Of a DNA stretch of 64,000 nucleotides, positions 42,061 to 51,845 are shown in pieces. The notes beneath the pieces are model-generated. The model was not told the origin of the DNA. It saw only the letters and a program-made list of their open reading frames with translations, and did no database searches. Source of the stretch: an uncultured delta proteobacterium (lineage in GTDB: Bacteria > Desulfobacterota > Binatia > Binatales > Binataceae); NCBI GenBank assembly GCA_963765675.1, contig CAVXXK010000001.1, positions 480,001 to 544,000 on the forward strand, in the 5' to 3' direction. Position 1 is the stretch's first letter, and every line of letters starts with the position of its first letter. The position numbers and the translations under genes were made by a program.

Positions 42061-42783
42061 ATGAGCGAGCGGAAGGCTGGCGCGATTCGGATCGGAACCT
42101 CAGGGTTCAGCTACAAGGAATGGGTTGGCGGATTCTATCCGGCGAAAACGCCCGGCACGAAGATGCTCGAGTACTACGCCGAGCGTTTGCCGACGGTTGA
42201 AATCAACATGACTTTCCGCCGCCTGCCGACACGCACGCTGCTGGAGGGTTGGGCGGCCAAAACTCCCGCGCATTTCCGCTTCGCGCTCAAGGCTCCGCAG
42301 CGCATTACTCACTTCGCCAAACTACGCGGCACCGAGGAGGTGCTCGACTACTTTATCGAGACCGCCGGCGCGCTTGGCGAGCGTATCGCGCCGACACTGT
42401 TTCAGCTTCCGCCGAATTTCAAGCGCGACACCGAGCTGCTGAAGGATTTTCTCGCTCAACTTCGCGGGCGGATGCCGGTCGCGTTCGAGTTCCGCGACAA
42501 ATCATGGTTCGACGATTCAACTCTCGCCACGCTCTCCGACGCGAACGCCGCTCTCTGTATAGCGGAGAGCGAAAAGCTCGCGACGCCGGTGGTGCGGACC
42601 GCACCATACGTCTACCTCCGGCTGCGGATGGAGAACTACGACGACGCAGGGCTTGCGCAGTGGGCCAAACGCATCGCCGAGTTTGCGGATGACGGCGCCG
42701 ACGTATTCGCGTACTTCAAGCACGAGTCGTCCGCCCCCGACCTCGCAAACCGCCTCCGCGCCCTGCTCCCCGGAGCAATTTGA
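42061..42783 (+). CDS. DUF72 (YecE-like) protein
   Basis: IGTSGFSY, VEINMTF, KAPQRITH, FQLPP, EFRDKSW, YLRLR. Confidence 0.93.
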   Translation: MSERKAGAIRIGTSGFSYKEWVGGFYPAKTPGTKMLEYYAERLPTVEINMTFRRLPTRTLLEGWAAKTPAHFRFALKAPQRITHFAKLRGTEEVLDYFIETAGALGERIAPTLFQLPPNFKRDTELLKDFLAQLRGRMPVAFEFRDKSWFDDSTLATLSDANAALCIAESEKLATPVVRTAPYVYLRLRMENYDDAGLAQWAKRIAEFADDGADVFAYFKHESSAPDLANRLRALLPGAI

Positions 42784-42853
42784 GACTGATACGGAAGAGG
42801 CGACACGAGTCCTGGACGAATTCATCCGCGGAACGCTGTAGGAGAAAACGGAA

Positions 42854-43261
42854 ATGAACGTCGAAAATGCACTTTACCCGACGGCTCAACAGATCGAGAC
42901 GCTGCGCAACGATCCCTCGCCCAAACCGATCGTGATGCTCAACCTGCTTAAATTTCGAGTCGCGGCGCAATATCCAGACGGCCGCAAGAACGAGCTTACG
43001 GGCGCGCAGGCATACGCGATATACGCCGAGGCGATGCGCAAGATCGTCGAGCGTGGCGGTGGAAGATTCCTCTTTGTCGGCGACGTGAAGTACCTTCCGG
43101 TCGGCAAAGTCGAAACTAATTGGGACCTCGCGGGCCTCGTTGAATATCCGTCGCCGGCGGCGTTCGTGAAGATTGCAACCTCACCCGAAGTCGCCGAGAT
43201 TGGCGTGCATCGCGCGGCCGGTCTCGAGGGTCAACTGCTGATCTGCGTGTCGCAGCGATGA
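42854..43261 (+). CDS. DUF1330 family protein
   Basis: PIVMLNLLKFR, WDLAGLVEYPS, HRAAGLEGQ. Confidence 0.88.
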   Translation: MNVENALYPTAQQIETLRNDPSPKPIVMLNLLKFRVAAQYPDGRKNELTGAQAYAIYAEAMRKIVERGGGRFLFVGDVKYLPVGKVETNWDLAGLVEYPSPAAFVKIATSPEVAEIGVHRAAGLEGQLLICVSQR

Positions 43262-43445
43262 AGGCGGCCATGCGATATGTTCCGCGCGTCGTGCTGGGAC
43301 TGATGATGCTGACGAATTTCGGCCGCGGCTTAATCCACGCCTTCGCGCCGGATCGCCGTGCTGATTGCCGCGCGGCCGCGGACCATTCGTGCTTGAAGTA
43401 TACGAGCACACAACGGATCGCCTCGAGCTCGATCCGCTTTGACAA
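43258..43445. pseudogene. Gene debris: truncated membrane-protein start (+) fused to an inverted DUF72 C-terminal remnant (-)
   Basis: +: MRYVPRVVLGLMMLTNFGRGLIHAFAPD then nonsense; -: KRIE...VLVYFKHEWSAA matches DUF72 KRIA...VFAYFKHESSAP. Confidence 0.55.
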
Positions 43446-43505
43446 AAATTTAGATCGGAACTAGCGTGGCCTTCGAGCGTCGATGATCCCGCCCGGAGGC
43501 AGCGT

Positions 43506-44504
43506 ATGGAACTCCGACCATTTGGCAAGACCGGTATTCAGATCTCCGCCGTCGGCTTCGGATGCTGGGAGATCGGCGGCGGCTACGGCAGTATCGAGGA
43601 GTCCGAGTTCATCAAGGCGGTCAATCGCGCGCTCGATCTCGGGATCAACTGCTTCGATACCGCGGAGGCGTACGGCTTCGGCGCGTCGGAAAAATCACTC
43701 GCGAAAGCACTTGGCTCACGCCGCAAGGAAGCCGTCATCACGACCAAGTTCGGTGTCGGCTACCCCGACACGCCGAATTATCGCGACAGCACCCGCAAGC
43801 GCGTCATCGAGTCGATCGACAAGAGCCTCAAGGCGCTTAACACCGACTACGTCGACGCCTATCTGATCCACTGGCCCGATCGCGTCACGCCGTTCGAGGA
43901 GCCGATGCAGGCGCTCGATGAGCTGGTCAAGGCGGGCAAGGTCAGGGCAGTGGGCTTGTCCAACTTCAAGCTCAGCGAGATCGAACGATGCGCACGCACA
44001 CGTCGCGTCGACGTGGTCCAGTACTGCTGGAACATGTTCGATCGGCGCATGCAAAAGGAAATCTTCCCGTACTGCCGCGAAAACGGTATCGGCGTGATGG
44101 CGTATGGCTCGCTTGCCTACGGGATGCTGACCGGCACGCTCAGCGAGGAGTCGGCGTTCGAGAAGGGCGACTGGCGCTCGCGCCGCGGCAAGCTCGGCAA
44201 TATCAACCTGTTTCAGCATCTGTTCGGCCCCGAGCATTTTCTCAAGAACCTGCGCGCGGTCGAGGATCTGAAGCCAATCGCGAAGCGGTACAACAAATCG
44301 CTTCCGCAGCTTGCGCTGCGCTGGACGCTCTCGAATCCGGTTATCAGCACGGCGCTCGTGGGATGCCGCAATCCGCGCGAGGTCGACGACAACGCCGGCG
44401 CGCTTGGATGGTCCATCTCGGACGCCGACATGAAAGAGATCGACGCGATCTTTGCGCGTCACGGCGCAATCACGATGCCCGAAACCTGGCTCGAGACTGA
44501 ATAG
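43506..44504 (+). CDS. Aldo/keto reductase
   Basis: GFGCW, FDTAEAYG, TKFG, LIHWPD, GLSNF. Confidence 0.95.
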   Translation: MELRPFGKTGIQISAVGFGCWEIGGGYGSIEESEFIKAVNRALDLGINCFDTAEAYGFGASEKSLAKALGSRRKEAVITTKFGVGYPDTPNYRDSTRKRVIESIDKSLKALNTDYVDAYLIHWPDRVTPFEEPMQALDELVKAGKVRAVGLSNFKLSEIERCARTRRVDVVQYCWNMFDRRMQKEIFPYCRENGIGVMAYGSLAYGMLTGTLSEESAFEKGDWRSRRGKLGNINLFQHLFGPEHFLKNLRAVEDLKPIAKRYNKSLPQLALRWTLSNPVISTALVGCRNPREVDDNAGALGWSISDADMKEIDAIFARHGAITMPETWLETE

Positions 44505-44549
44505 TCACTTGCTAATGAACTGAGTCGCCGCGAATAGCGGAGGTGCAGC

Positions 44550-45941
44550 ATGCCGGTTCAGAAATTTGCGCCGATGACCAAGAATTTCCCGACCTTCGAT
44601 TGCGACGCTCACGTGACCGAGCCGCCGTGGCTCTGGGAGCGCGCGAAAGACTGGCTGACCAAAGACGAATACGAGGCGCTAAAAAATACCATCTGGTACG
44701 ATCCCGAAACCGATCAGCTAATAGTCAATGGCAAGGGCGGCGCGGGAATCGGCTCGCAGCGTATCGGTGGAGCGGCCGGGATGGTCAACGTGCTGTCGCT
44801 TGCAGGCCCCGGGCTCAAGCACGATATCCAGCGCGCGCTCAACGTTCGCAATTTGAATCCCAAGACCGCGCTCACCAAGGAACAGGCTGAGTATATCGAT
44901 CACAAGGGTTCCTACGAGCCCAAGCCGCGCCTGCGCGACATGGACGTGCAGGGTATCGACCAGGTGATGATCATTCCGACCGACATCGATACTTACCCGT
45001 GGCTGCTGAGCGCCGTCGGCGCCAAGGCGATGTGCAAGGCATACAACGATTGGGCCCACGAGTACTGCCAGGAGAATCCCGAGCGGCTCTATTTCGCCGC
45101 GATGCTCCCGATGCAGGATCCAAAATTCGCGGAACAGGAAGTATATCGCGTCGCGGACAAGGGATGCCGCGTCGGCCTGGTGCGGCCGATCGATGCGATG
45201 GGCAATTATCCGATTCAGCCCAAATACGAGCGCGTGTGGCGCGCGATGGAAGAGACCGGAGTCGTGTACGGGATGCATCCGTTCCCGGCTTTCGGCTCGC
45301 TCAAGCCGCCAGGCTACACCGAGCAACACTCGGGCGCCGAGCTGATCTCATTGACTGCAACCTCGTCGGGCTTGCCGCACTCGTTTCTGATCAACGTGCA
45401 GGATTTCCAGGCGGAAGCGTCGCTGTGGGTCGTGATGGTCCTGATGTCGGGATTCTTCGACCGCTTTCCGAAACTCAGGGCAGCGGTGTTCGAGGCGTCA
45501 TCGACCTGGCTCAGCTTTATCCTCGATGAATGCGACAAGAACTACCGGCTCTATCGCAACGAGCGGCGGCTGCGGCCGCTCAAGAAACTCCCGAGCGAGA
45601 CATTCTTCGAGCGCTGCGTGACAGGTTTCGAGGGCGATGAAGCTCCGCCGTCACGCCTGCCGGAATTTTACGAGAATATCCTGGCGTGGTCGTCCGACGT
45701 GTACCATCACGACGGCGACGACGCGTGGCGCGCGATCGATACGATGCGGAAATGCGAACTGCCGGAGCCGTATCAAGCCAAGTTCCTGGGCGGCAATGCA
45801 CGCAAGATGTACCGGATCGATGCGCCCAAAAATTTTATCGCCGATCGCGTCACCGAAATCGATCGTCCGGACTGGTGGCCGACCGAGGAAGAAATCAAGC
45901 GGTCACTGAACCCCGAAGCTTCAGTCAGACGGCCGCGTTAA
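44550..45941 (+). CDS. Amidohydrolase_2 family protein, subunit A
   Basis: FDCDAHVTEP, RLRDMDVQGID, KAYNDW, FEAS, WSSDVYHHD. Confidence 0.88.
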   Translation: MPVQKFAPMTKNFPTFDCDAHVTEPPWLWERAKDWLTKDEYEALKNTIWYDPETDQLIVNGKGGAGIGSQRIGGAAGMVNVLSLAGPGLKHDIQRALNVRNLNPKTALTKEQAEYIDHKGSYEPKPRLRDMDVQGIDQVMIIPTDIDTYPWLLSAVGAKAMCKAYNDWAHEYCQENPERLYFAAMLPMQDPKFAEQEVYRVADKGCRVGLVRPIDAMGNYPIQPKYERVWRAMEETGVVYGMHPFPAFGSLKPPGYTEQHSGAELISLTATSSGLPHSFLINVQDFQAEASLWVVMVLMSGFFDRFPKLRAAVFEASSTWLSFILDECDKNYRLYRNERRLRPLKKLPSETFFERCVTGFEGDEAPPSRLPEFYENILAWSSDVYHHDGDDAWRAIDTMRKCELPEPYQAKFLGGNARKMYRIDAPKNFIADRVTEIDRPDWWPTEEEIKRSLNPEASVRRPR

Positions 45942-45961
45942 CGACGGTGGAAAGGACGACC

Positions 45962-47251
45962 ATGGCGAACAAGCGGTTTGCGGTTTTCGACAGCGACTCG
46001 CACGTCGTCGAGCCGCCCGAGTTGTGGAGCAAATACCTCGATCCGGAATTCCGCACGCTCGGGAAAATCGCGCTCTGGCGTGAAGACGGCAAGCTCGGCT
46101 CGTATCTCAAAGTCAACGGCAAGGTATTCCGCGATCCGATGAACTCGAACATCCCGCGCCACGCGATCTGGCGGCCCGGGATGACGTGGGACAAGGTCGG
46201 CGAGCTCGATCCTGGCATTCGCCACGCGGCGACCGCGGGTGCGTCGAACGCCGAGGCGCGCCTGCGCGACATGGATGCGATGGGCGTCGATCAGGCGCTG
46301 CTCTACCCGACCTGGTTCGCCGAGGGCTTCCACCTCGTCGAGGATCCCGATATCGCGTACGCGCTCGCGCGAGCCTACAACGACTGGATCGCGGATTTCT
46401 GTAAAGCCGCGCCGGACCGACTGTTCGCCGCGTCGATGGTGCCATTGCAGAACATGGACTACGCCGTCGAGGAGCTTCGCCGCACCGCGAAGATCCCCTG
46501 TTTTCGCGCGGCGTTTATCCGGCCGATGTTTTTGGAGGGCCACTACTTCACCCATCCGATTTACGATCCGCTTTGGGCCGAGCTCGAGAGCCTCAGCACG
46601 ACCGTCGCGGTGCATCCGGCGACCGGACTATGGAATCCGGAATGGACTTCGCACGGCCCGTTCTTCGAGAAAATAAAGACTCGTCTGAACCATCGCGCGT
46701 TCTCAACCGCGGGAGGAGCCGGTCCTGCCGCCGGTGGTGGCTCTGACATCACCTTCGGCTTCACCGCGTCGCCGCCGCTGGGTCATCCGATAGCGCAGAT
46801 CCTTGCGCCATGGCTCGACAATCACATGTTCGTCGCATCGACGCTGATCGGGTTCACGGTGATGCAGCGCTATCCGAACATGAAGATGGTAGTCGCGCAC
46901 GGCAAGGCCTCGTGGATGGAAGAAGTGCTGGAGAAGATGGAAGCGTCAACCCGCACGATTCCGCTGCTGCACTACTATCCGGTGCGGACCGACACAGAGG
47001 AGATGTGGAAAGAGGGCAAGATCATGCTCGGTTTCGACGCCGAAGAGCGGCTGATCCAGAAGCTACCCGACGACTTCGCCGAGAAAATCGTGTGGGGCTC
47101 GCGCTATCCGCATCACGACACAACCAGCGCCCACGACGCGATCGCGACGCTCACAGACGCTCGCGTCGAAGAACCGACGATCGCGAGAATGCTGGGCGGC
47201 AATGCCGCCGAACAATTTGGCGTCACGCTGCCGCAAACCGCAGCCGAATAG
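45962..47251 (+). CDS. Amidohydrolase_2 family protein, subunit B (degenerate metal ligands)
   Basis: FDSDSHVVEP, RAYNDW, AHGKASW, WGSRYPHHD. Confidence 0.88.
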   Translation: MANKRFAVFDSDSHVVEPPELWSKYLDPEFRTLGKIALWREDGKLGSYLKVNGKVFRDPMNSNIPRHAIWRPGMTWDKVGELDPGIRHAATAGASNAEARLRDMDAMGVDQALLYPTWFAEGFHLVEDPDIAYALARAYNDWIADFCKAAPDRLFAASMVPLQNMDYAVEELRRTAKIPCFRAAFIRPMFLEGHYFTHPIYDPLWAELESLSTTVAVHPATGLWNPEWTSHGPFFEKIKTRLNHRAFSTAGGAGPAAGGGSDITFGFTASPPLGHPIAQILAPWLDNHMFVASTLIGFTVMQRYPNMKMVVAHGKASWMEEVLEKMEASTRTIPLLHYYPVRTDTEEMWKEGKIMLGFDAEERLIQKLPDDFAEKIVWGSRYPHHDTTSAHDAIATLTDARVEEPTIARMLGGNAAEQFGVTLPQTAAE

Positions 47252-47335
47252 TGTGCTTACCAAATTCGTCGTCCGCCGATGAAGGCCGAGATCCGGCAAG
47301 AGCATGATTGCGAACGCGTGAAGAGGCCTTGAAGC

Positions 47336-48502
47336 ATGGATTTTGATTTAAACGATCAGCAGCAGGAGATCGTACGGCAGGTCCGCGCCCTGTGCGCCAA
47401 TTTTCCCGACGAGTATTGGCGGGAAAAGGATCGCAAGGCGGAATTTCCAAACGAATTTTTCCGGGCGATCGCCGAAGCGGGATATCTGGGAGTGGCTATT
47501 CCCGAGGAGTATGGCGGCAGCGGTCTGGGCGTTACCGAGGCCGCGTTGGTGTTGCTCGAAGTGGCGGCCTCCGGCGGCGCGATGGCGGCCGCCAGCTCGA
47601 TCCATCTTTCGATCTTCGGTGTGAGTCCGCTGGTGCATCACGGCACCGAGGAACAGAAGCATCGCTACCTGCCGAAAGTTGTGCGTGGCGAGATCCACGT
47701 CGCGTTCGCGGTGACGGAACCCGACGCCGGCAACGACATCACCCATATAAAGACCGCCGCGCGCCGCGACGGCGATTCCTACGTGCTCAACGGCCGCAAA
47801 GTTTTCACAACCAAGGCGCGCGAGGCGAGCAAGATGCTGATCCTGACGCGCACCACGCCGTTCGAGCAGGTCAAGCGAAAGACCGACGGGATGAGCCTGT
47901 TCTTCGCTGATCTCGATCCGGCCGCCGTCGAGGTCCGCGAGCTGGAAAAGTTGGGCCGCGCGGCCGTCGATACGAACATGCTTTTTGTCGACAACTTGCG
48001 AGTTCCGACGAGCGACCTCATCGGCGAAGAAGGACGCGGCTTTCACTGCCTTCTCGACGGTCTCAATCCGGAACGAATTCTCGTCGCCGCGGAATCTATC
48101 GGTATCGGGCGCGTGGCGATCACGAAAGCGATTCGCTATGCCAAAGAGCGCATCGTCTTCGATCGTCCAATCGGAAAAAATCAGGCGATCGCGCATCCGC
48201 TGGCTGATTCATACACCAAACTCGAGGCCGCGGAATTGATGATGCTCCGCGCGGCGACTCTGTATGATCGTGGCAGGCCGTGTGGCGGCGAGGCTAACGC
48301 CGCCAAGCTTCGCGCGGCCGACGCTGGATTTGAAGCATGCGATCGCGCGGTTCAGACGCTCGGCGGATACGGTTATATACGCGACTACGACGTCGAGCGG
48401 TATTTCCGCGAATGCCGCCTGACGAAAATCGCGCCAGTCTCACAGGAGATGGCGCTCAATTCGATCTGCGAGCACGTTCTTGGCCTTCCACGCTCGTATT
48501 AG
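47336..48502 (+). CDS. Acyl-CoA dehydrogenase
   Basis: FAVTEPDAGND, NGRKVF, LNPERIL, QTLGGYGY. Confidence 0.95.
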   Translation: MDFDLNDQQQEIVRQVRALCANFPDEYWREKDRKAEFPNEFFRAIAEAGYLGVAIPEEYGGSGLGVTEAALVLLEVAASGGAMAAASSIHLSIFGVSPLVHHGTEEQKHRYLPKVVRGEIHVAFAVTEPDAGNDITHIKTAARRDGDSYVLNGRKVFTTKAREASKMLILTRTTPFEQVKRKTDGMSLFFADLDPAAVEVRELEKLGRAAVDTNMLFVDNLRVPTSDLIGEEGRGFHCLLDGLNPERILVAAESIGIGRVAITKAIRYAKERIVFDRPIGKNQAIAHPLADSYTKLEAAELMMLRAATLYDRGRPCGGEANAAKLRAADAGFEACDRAVQTLGGYGYIRDYDVERYFRECRLTKIAPVSQEMALNSICEHVLGLPRSY

Positions 48503-48536
48503 TGAAACCGTGGAGGGCTGAACAAGGAGTAATCCA

Positions 48537-49664
48537 ATGCATGTAGGGTATGGAGTTGCCTTTCAGAATCCGCACAACACAATTTCCGACGCCGAGGTCT
48601 ATCGCAACGAACTGAGACTCTGCGAGATGGCGGAGCCGCTCGGCTTCGATTCGGTCTGGTCGGTTGAGCATCACTTCGACGACTACACGATGTGCCCTGA
48701 CGTATTGCAGTTCCTCGCCTACATGGCCGGCAAGACCAGCAAAGTGCAGCTCGGCTCGATGGTTGTGGTTCTGCCGTGGCACGATCCAGTTCGCGTCGCC
48801 GAGCAGATCTCAGTGCTCGATCATGTTTCGAATGGCCGCTTCATACTGGGACTCGGCCGCGGCCTGGCGCGAATTGAGTATGAGGGATTCCGTCTCGATC
48901 AGAATGAGGGACGAAACCTGTTCGTCGAGTACGCCGAGCTGGTGCTGAACGCGCTCGAAACCGGCTACATGGAGGGCGGCAAGTATACCAGGCAGCCGCG
49001 CCGCGATATCCGACCGTTCCCCGCGCGCTCATTCAAAGGACGGACCTACGCGGCGGCGGTCTCTCCCGAGTCGATGCCAATCATGGCGAAGCTCGGTGTG
49101 GGGCTTCTGGTTATTCCGCAGAAGCCATGGGAAGCCGTCAAAAAGGATTTCGAGATTTACCACAAGGTCTGGCGCGAGGTTAACGGTAGCACGCCTGCGC
49201 CGAAGCCTCTGTCCGGAGGATTCTGTTTCGTTGACGAAAACAAGGATCGCGCTGAAGAAATAGCAATGAAGTGGATATCGGATTATTACCACACCGCGAT
49301 GCGCCATTACGAAATGACCTCGCAGCAATTCGGCTCTCATAAGAGCTATGAGTTCTATAGCAACGTCGGAAAGTATATCGCGAAACATGGGTTGGACAGC
49401 GCGGCGGCGGACTTCGCAAAACTGATGCCGTGGGGGACACCGGACCAGGTGCTCGAGAAAATCCAGTTCATCAAGGACACGATCGACGCGAACGGCGTGA
49501 TGCTGAATTTTAGCTACGCCGGGATGCCATTCGGCGAGGCCGAGCGGAACCTAAAATGCTTTGCGAAACACGTGCTGCCTGAATTGAAAAAGATGAAAAC
49601 CGACGCGCTGCTCACCCAGCCGTCTTCGTTGCCGATGCCACAGAGGAGCGCGGAGGCGCGCTGA
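48537..49664 (+). CDS. LLM-class flavin-dependent oxidoreductase
   Basis: GFDSVWSVEHHF, PVRVAEQ..LDHVSNGRFILGLGRG. Confidence 0.92.
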   Translation: MHVGYGVAFQNPHNTISDAEVYRNELRLCEMAEPLGFDSVWSVEHHFDDYTMCPDVLQFLAYMAGKTSKVQLGSMVVVLPWHDPVRVAEQISVLDHVSNGRFILGLGRGLARIEYEGFRLDQNEGRNLFVEYAELVLNALETGYMEGGKYTRQPRRDIRPFPARSFKGRTYAAAVSPESMPIMAKLGVGLLVIPQKPWEAVKKDFEIYHKVWREVNGSTPAPKPLSGGFCFVDENKDRAEEIAMKWISDYYHTAMRHYEMTSQQFGSHKSYEFYSNVGKYIAKHGLDSAAADFAKLMPWGTPDQVLEKIQFIKDTIDANGVMLNFSYAGMPFGEAERNLKCFAKHVLPELKKMKTDALLTQPSSLPMPQRSAEAR

Positions 49665-49670
49665 TTCGCT

Positions 49671-50126
49671 ATGGCCGGACTTTTTTTCGAGGACTTTCAC
49701 GACGGGCAGACGTTCAAGCACGCGATCACCCGGACGATCACCGAGATGGACAATGTGCTGTTCACCGCGCTGACGCACAATCCGCAGCCGCTCCATCTCG
49801 ACGCCGAATTCGCGAAGACCACGGAGTTTGGACGCCCGCTCGTCAACAGCATTTTCACCCTGGGCCTGATGATCGGCGTCTCGGTCGGAGACACTACCTT
49901 GGGCACCACAGTCGCCAATCTCGGCATGACCGATGTCGTGTTCCCGAAGCCGGTTTTTCACGGCGACACTCTTCATTCCGAAACCGTTGTGCTCGAGAAA
50001 CGCGAGAGCCGCTCGCGCAAGGACGCCGGAATCGTCCTCTTCGAGCATCGATGCATCAACCAGCGCGGCGAGGAAGTCGCGCGATGCAAACGCTCGGCGC
50101 TGATGCGCAAGCGGCCGTCGTCATGA
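49671..50126 (+). CDS. MaoC family dehydratase
   Basis: [31 protein letters not shown]. Confidence 0.93.
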   Translation: MAGLFFEDFHDGQTFKHAITRTITEMDNVLFTALTHNPQPLHLDAEFAKTTEFGRPLVNSIFTLGLMIGVSVGDTTLGTTVANLGMTDVVFPKPVFHGDTLHSETVVLEKRESRSRKDAGIVLFEHRCINQRGEEVARCKRSALMRKRPSS

Positions 50127-51001
50127 GTCTCCGCTCGATGCTGTTCGTGCCGGGCGACAGCGAGCGCAAGCTCGCCAAGGTCGCGGGTGGTCCGGCCGAC
50201 GCGCTGATCCTTGACCTGGAAGATTCAGTCGCCAAGGATCGTCTGCCACTCGCGCGCGGCATCGTCAGCGAATATCTGAAATCCTCACGCGACGGCGCGC
50301 GCGCACAGCAATTGTGGGTGCGGATAAATCCGCTCTCGACCGCCGACGCGCTGCCCGACCTCGCTGCGATCGTGGGCGGCGCTCCCGACGGTATCGTCGT
50401 TCCGAAAACCAATTCCGGCGCGGACGCGACCTTGCTCGATCATTACCTGACCGCGCTCGAGACGCGCGAAGGAGTCGAGGCCGGCAGCATCAAGATTCTA
50501 GCGGTGGCGACCGAAACTCCGGCCGCGATGTTCACGCTCGGGAGCTTCGCGGGATCGACGCCGCGTTTGTACGGCCTGACATGGGGCGCCGAGGACTTGC
50601 CGGCCGCGGTAGGAGCATCAACCAACCTCGACGATTCCGGCAACCTCGATTTCACCTATCAGCTTGCGCGCTCGCTGTGCCTGCTGGCCGCCACCGCGGC
50701 GGGGGTCGAGCCGCTCGACACTGTGTACACGGATTTCCGCGACGGCGCGGGTCTCATGAAGAACGCGCAGGCGGCGCGCCGCGCGGGTTTCACCGGCAAG
50801 GTTGCGATTCATCCGGACCAGGTGGAGATCATCAATCAGGCATTCACGCCGTCGGACGAAGACATCGCGCACGCCAGGCGGGTGATCGAGGCCTTCGCCT
50901 CGGGCTCGGGCGCAGGCACAGTGGCGCTCGATGGCAAGATGCTCGACATGCCGCATCTCAAACAGGCACACCGGGTGCTGGCGATAGCGAAGCAACGATA
51001 G
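50123..51001 (+). CDS. CitE-like CoA ester lyase (HpcH/HpaI family)
   Basis: [33 protein letters not shown]. Confidence 0.93.
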   Translation: MSLRSMLFVPGDSERKLAKVAGGPADALILDLEDSVAKDRLPLARGIVSEYLKSSRDGARAQQLWVRINPLSTADALPDLAAIVGGAPDGIVVPKTNSGADATLLDHYLTALETREGVEAGSIKILAVATETPAAMFTLGSFAGSTPRLYGLTWGAEDLPAAVGASTNLDDSGNLDFTYQLARSLCLLAATAAGVEPLDTVYTDFRDGAGLMKNAQAARRAGFTGKVAIHPDQVEIINQAFTPSDEDIAHARRVIEAFASGSGAGTVALDGKMLDMPHLKQAHRVLAIAKQR

Positions 51002-51004
51002 CGT

Positions 51005-51574
51005 TCAGAGAAGCATTCCTCGGGTCTTCTCGCGCTTCCACGTTTTGAGCTCGGTGGTCCATTCGGCCGCTCGAGCCTTGCGCCGTTCCAGCGCCGCTTC
51101 CAGGATAGAGAGCACCTCTCGCCGCGCCTTAACTTCCGCTTCAAATGCCTTGATATTCGAGGTCCGGGTTTTCAACCTGTCTTCGAAATACCGTTTATTC
51201 TCTCGCTCGATCGCCATATTGATCCGCGCTTCATACTGCGGCCCAAAATGAATCGGAATGTACCTGGGGATTCCTGAACCTGCTTTGTCAGGATCAATAT
51301 CCAGCCACGAAAAGCGGCTCCCGGCCTTTTCCAGAGCTATCCGTGCTCCCTCTACGGCGAGCAACAAGGCTTGGAGCGCATCGACGCCGCCGGCACGCTG
51401 CACGCGCGAGTTGCCTATGCCCTCAATCGAGTAGGAGCATTCTCAGTGATCGCGCGATCGCTGTCGAGGAGCGCCGATCGATACTGTTACTTGCCGAATC
51501 TCCGGACCCATTTGTGTGAGAAGCCTTCGCGCGACGACGCGACCGATGGCGGATTTTCCACGGCGCTTTCGCAT
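51005..51574 (-). pseudogene. DUF6968-like gene with an in-frame TGA at codon 44
   Basis: GAGGAG RBS, MRKRRGK...VTVSIGAPRQRSRDH*ECSYSIEGIG...GGVDALQALLLA; the stop at 51443-51445 falls where W is expected. Confidence 0.65.
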
Positions 51575-51665
51575 TAACACTCTCCTCGATCGCTAGCCGA
51601 AATCGGCGATCTACGATGCCATCCGAACCTCTCAAATTCCATATTTCAATAAGCGATGTGGGCTA

Positions 51666-51705
51666 TTTCCTTTCAAAATGCGTTCGACCTGATTTTGAAA
51701 GGAAA
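51666..51705. repeat. AT-rich 14-bp perfect inverted repeat with 12-bp spacer
   Basis: TTTCCTTTCAAAAT-GCGTTCGACCTG-ATTTTGAAAGGAAA. Confidence 0.7.
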
Positions 51706-51771
51706 GGCACACACTAGCCCCGCGTTCAGAGGCGATCGATTGGTCCTATGGGGCCGGCCGTTTCGGCTCGA

Positions 51772-51803
51772 ACTTGACAGTGTCAAGTGTTCACGCTTAT
51801 GCT
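51772..51803 (+). promoter_or_regulatory. Sigma70 promoter overlapped by a TetR-type operator
   Basis: Palindrome ACTTGACA-G-TGTCAAGT containing TTGACA; TATGCT 18 bp downstream. Confidence 0.75.
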
Positions 51804-51845
51804 GATCCTCGAGCGGCAAGTGGCCCGCAAAGAGGAGCGCCGAGG

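Noticed and set aside
51443-51445. Selenocysteine readthrough of the in-frame TGA
   Set aside because: Position corresponds to an expected Trp (W-x-C) rather than Cys, and no convincing SECIS hairpin follows; a TGG-to-TGA change is simpler
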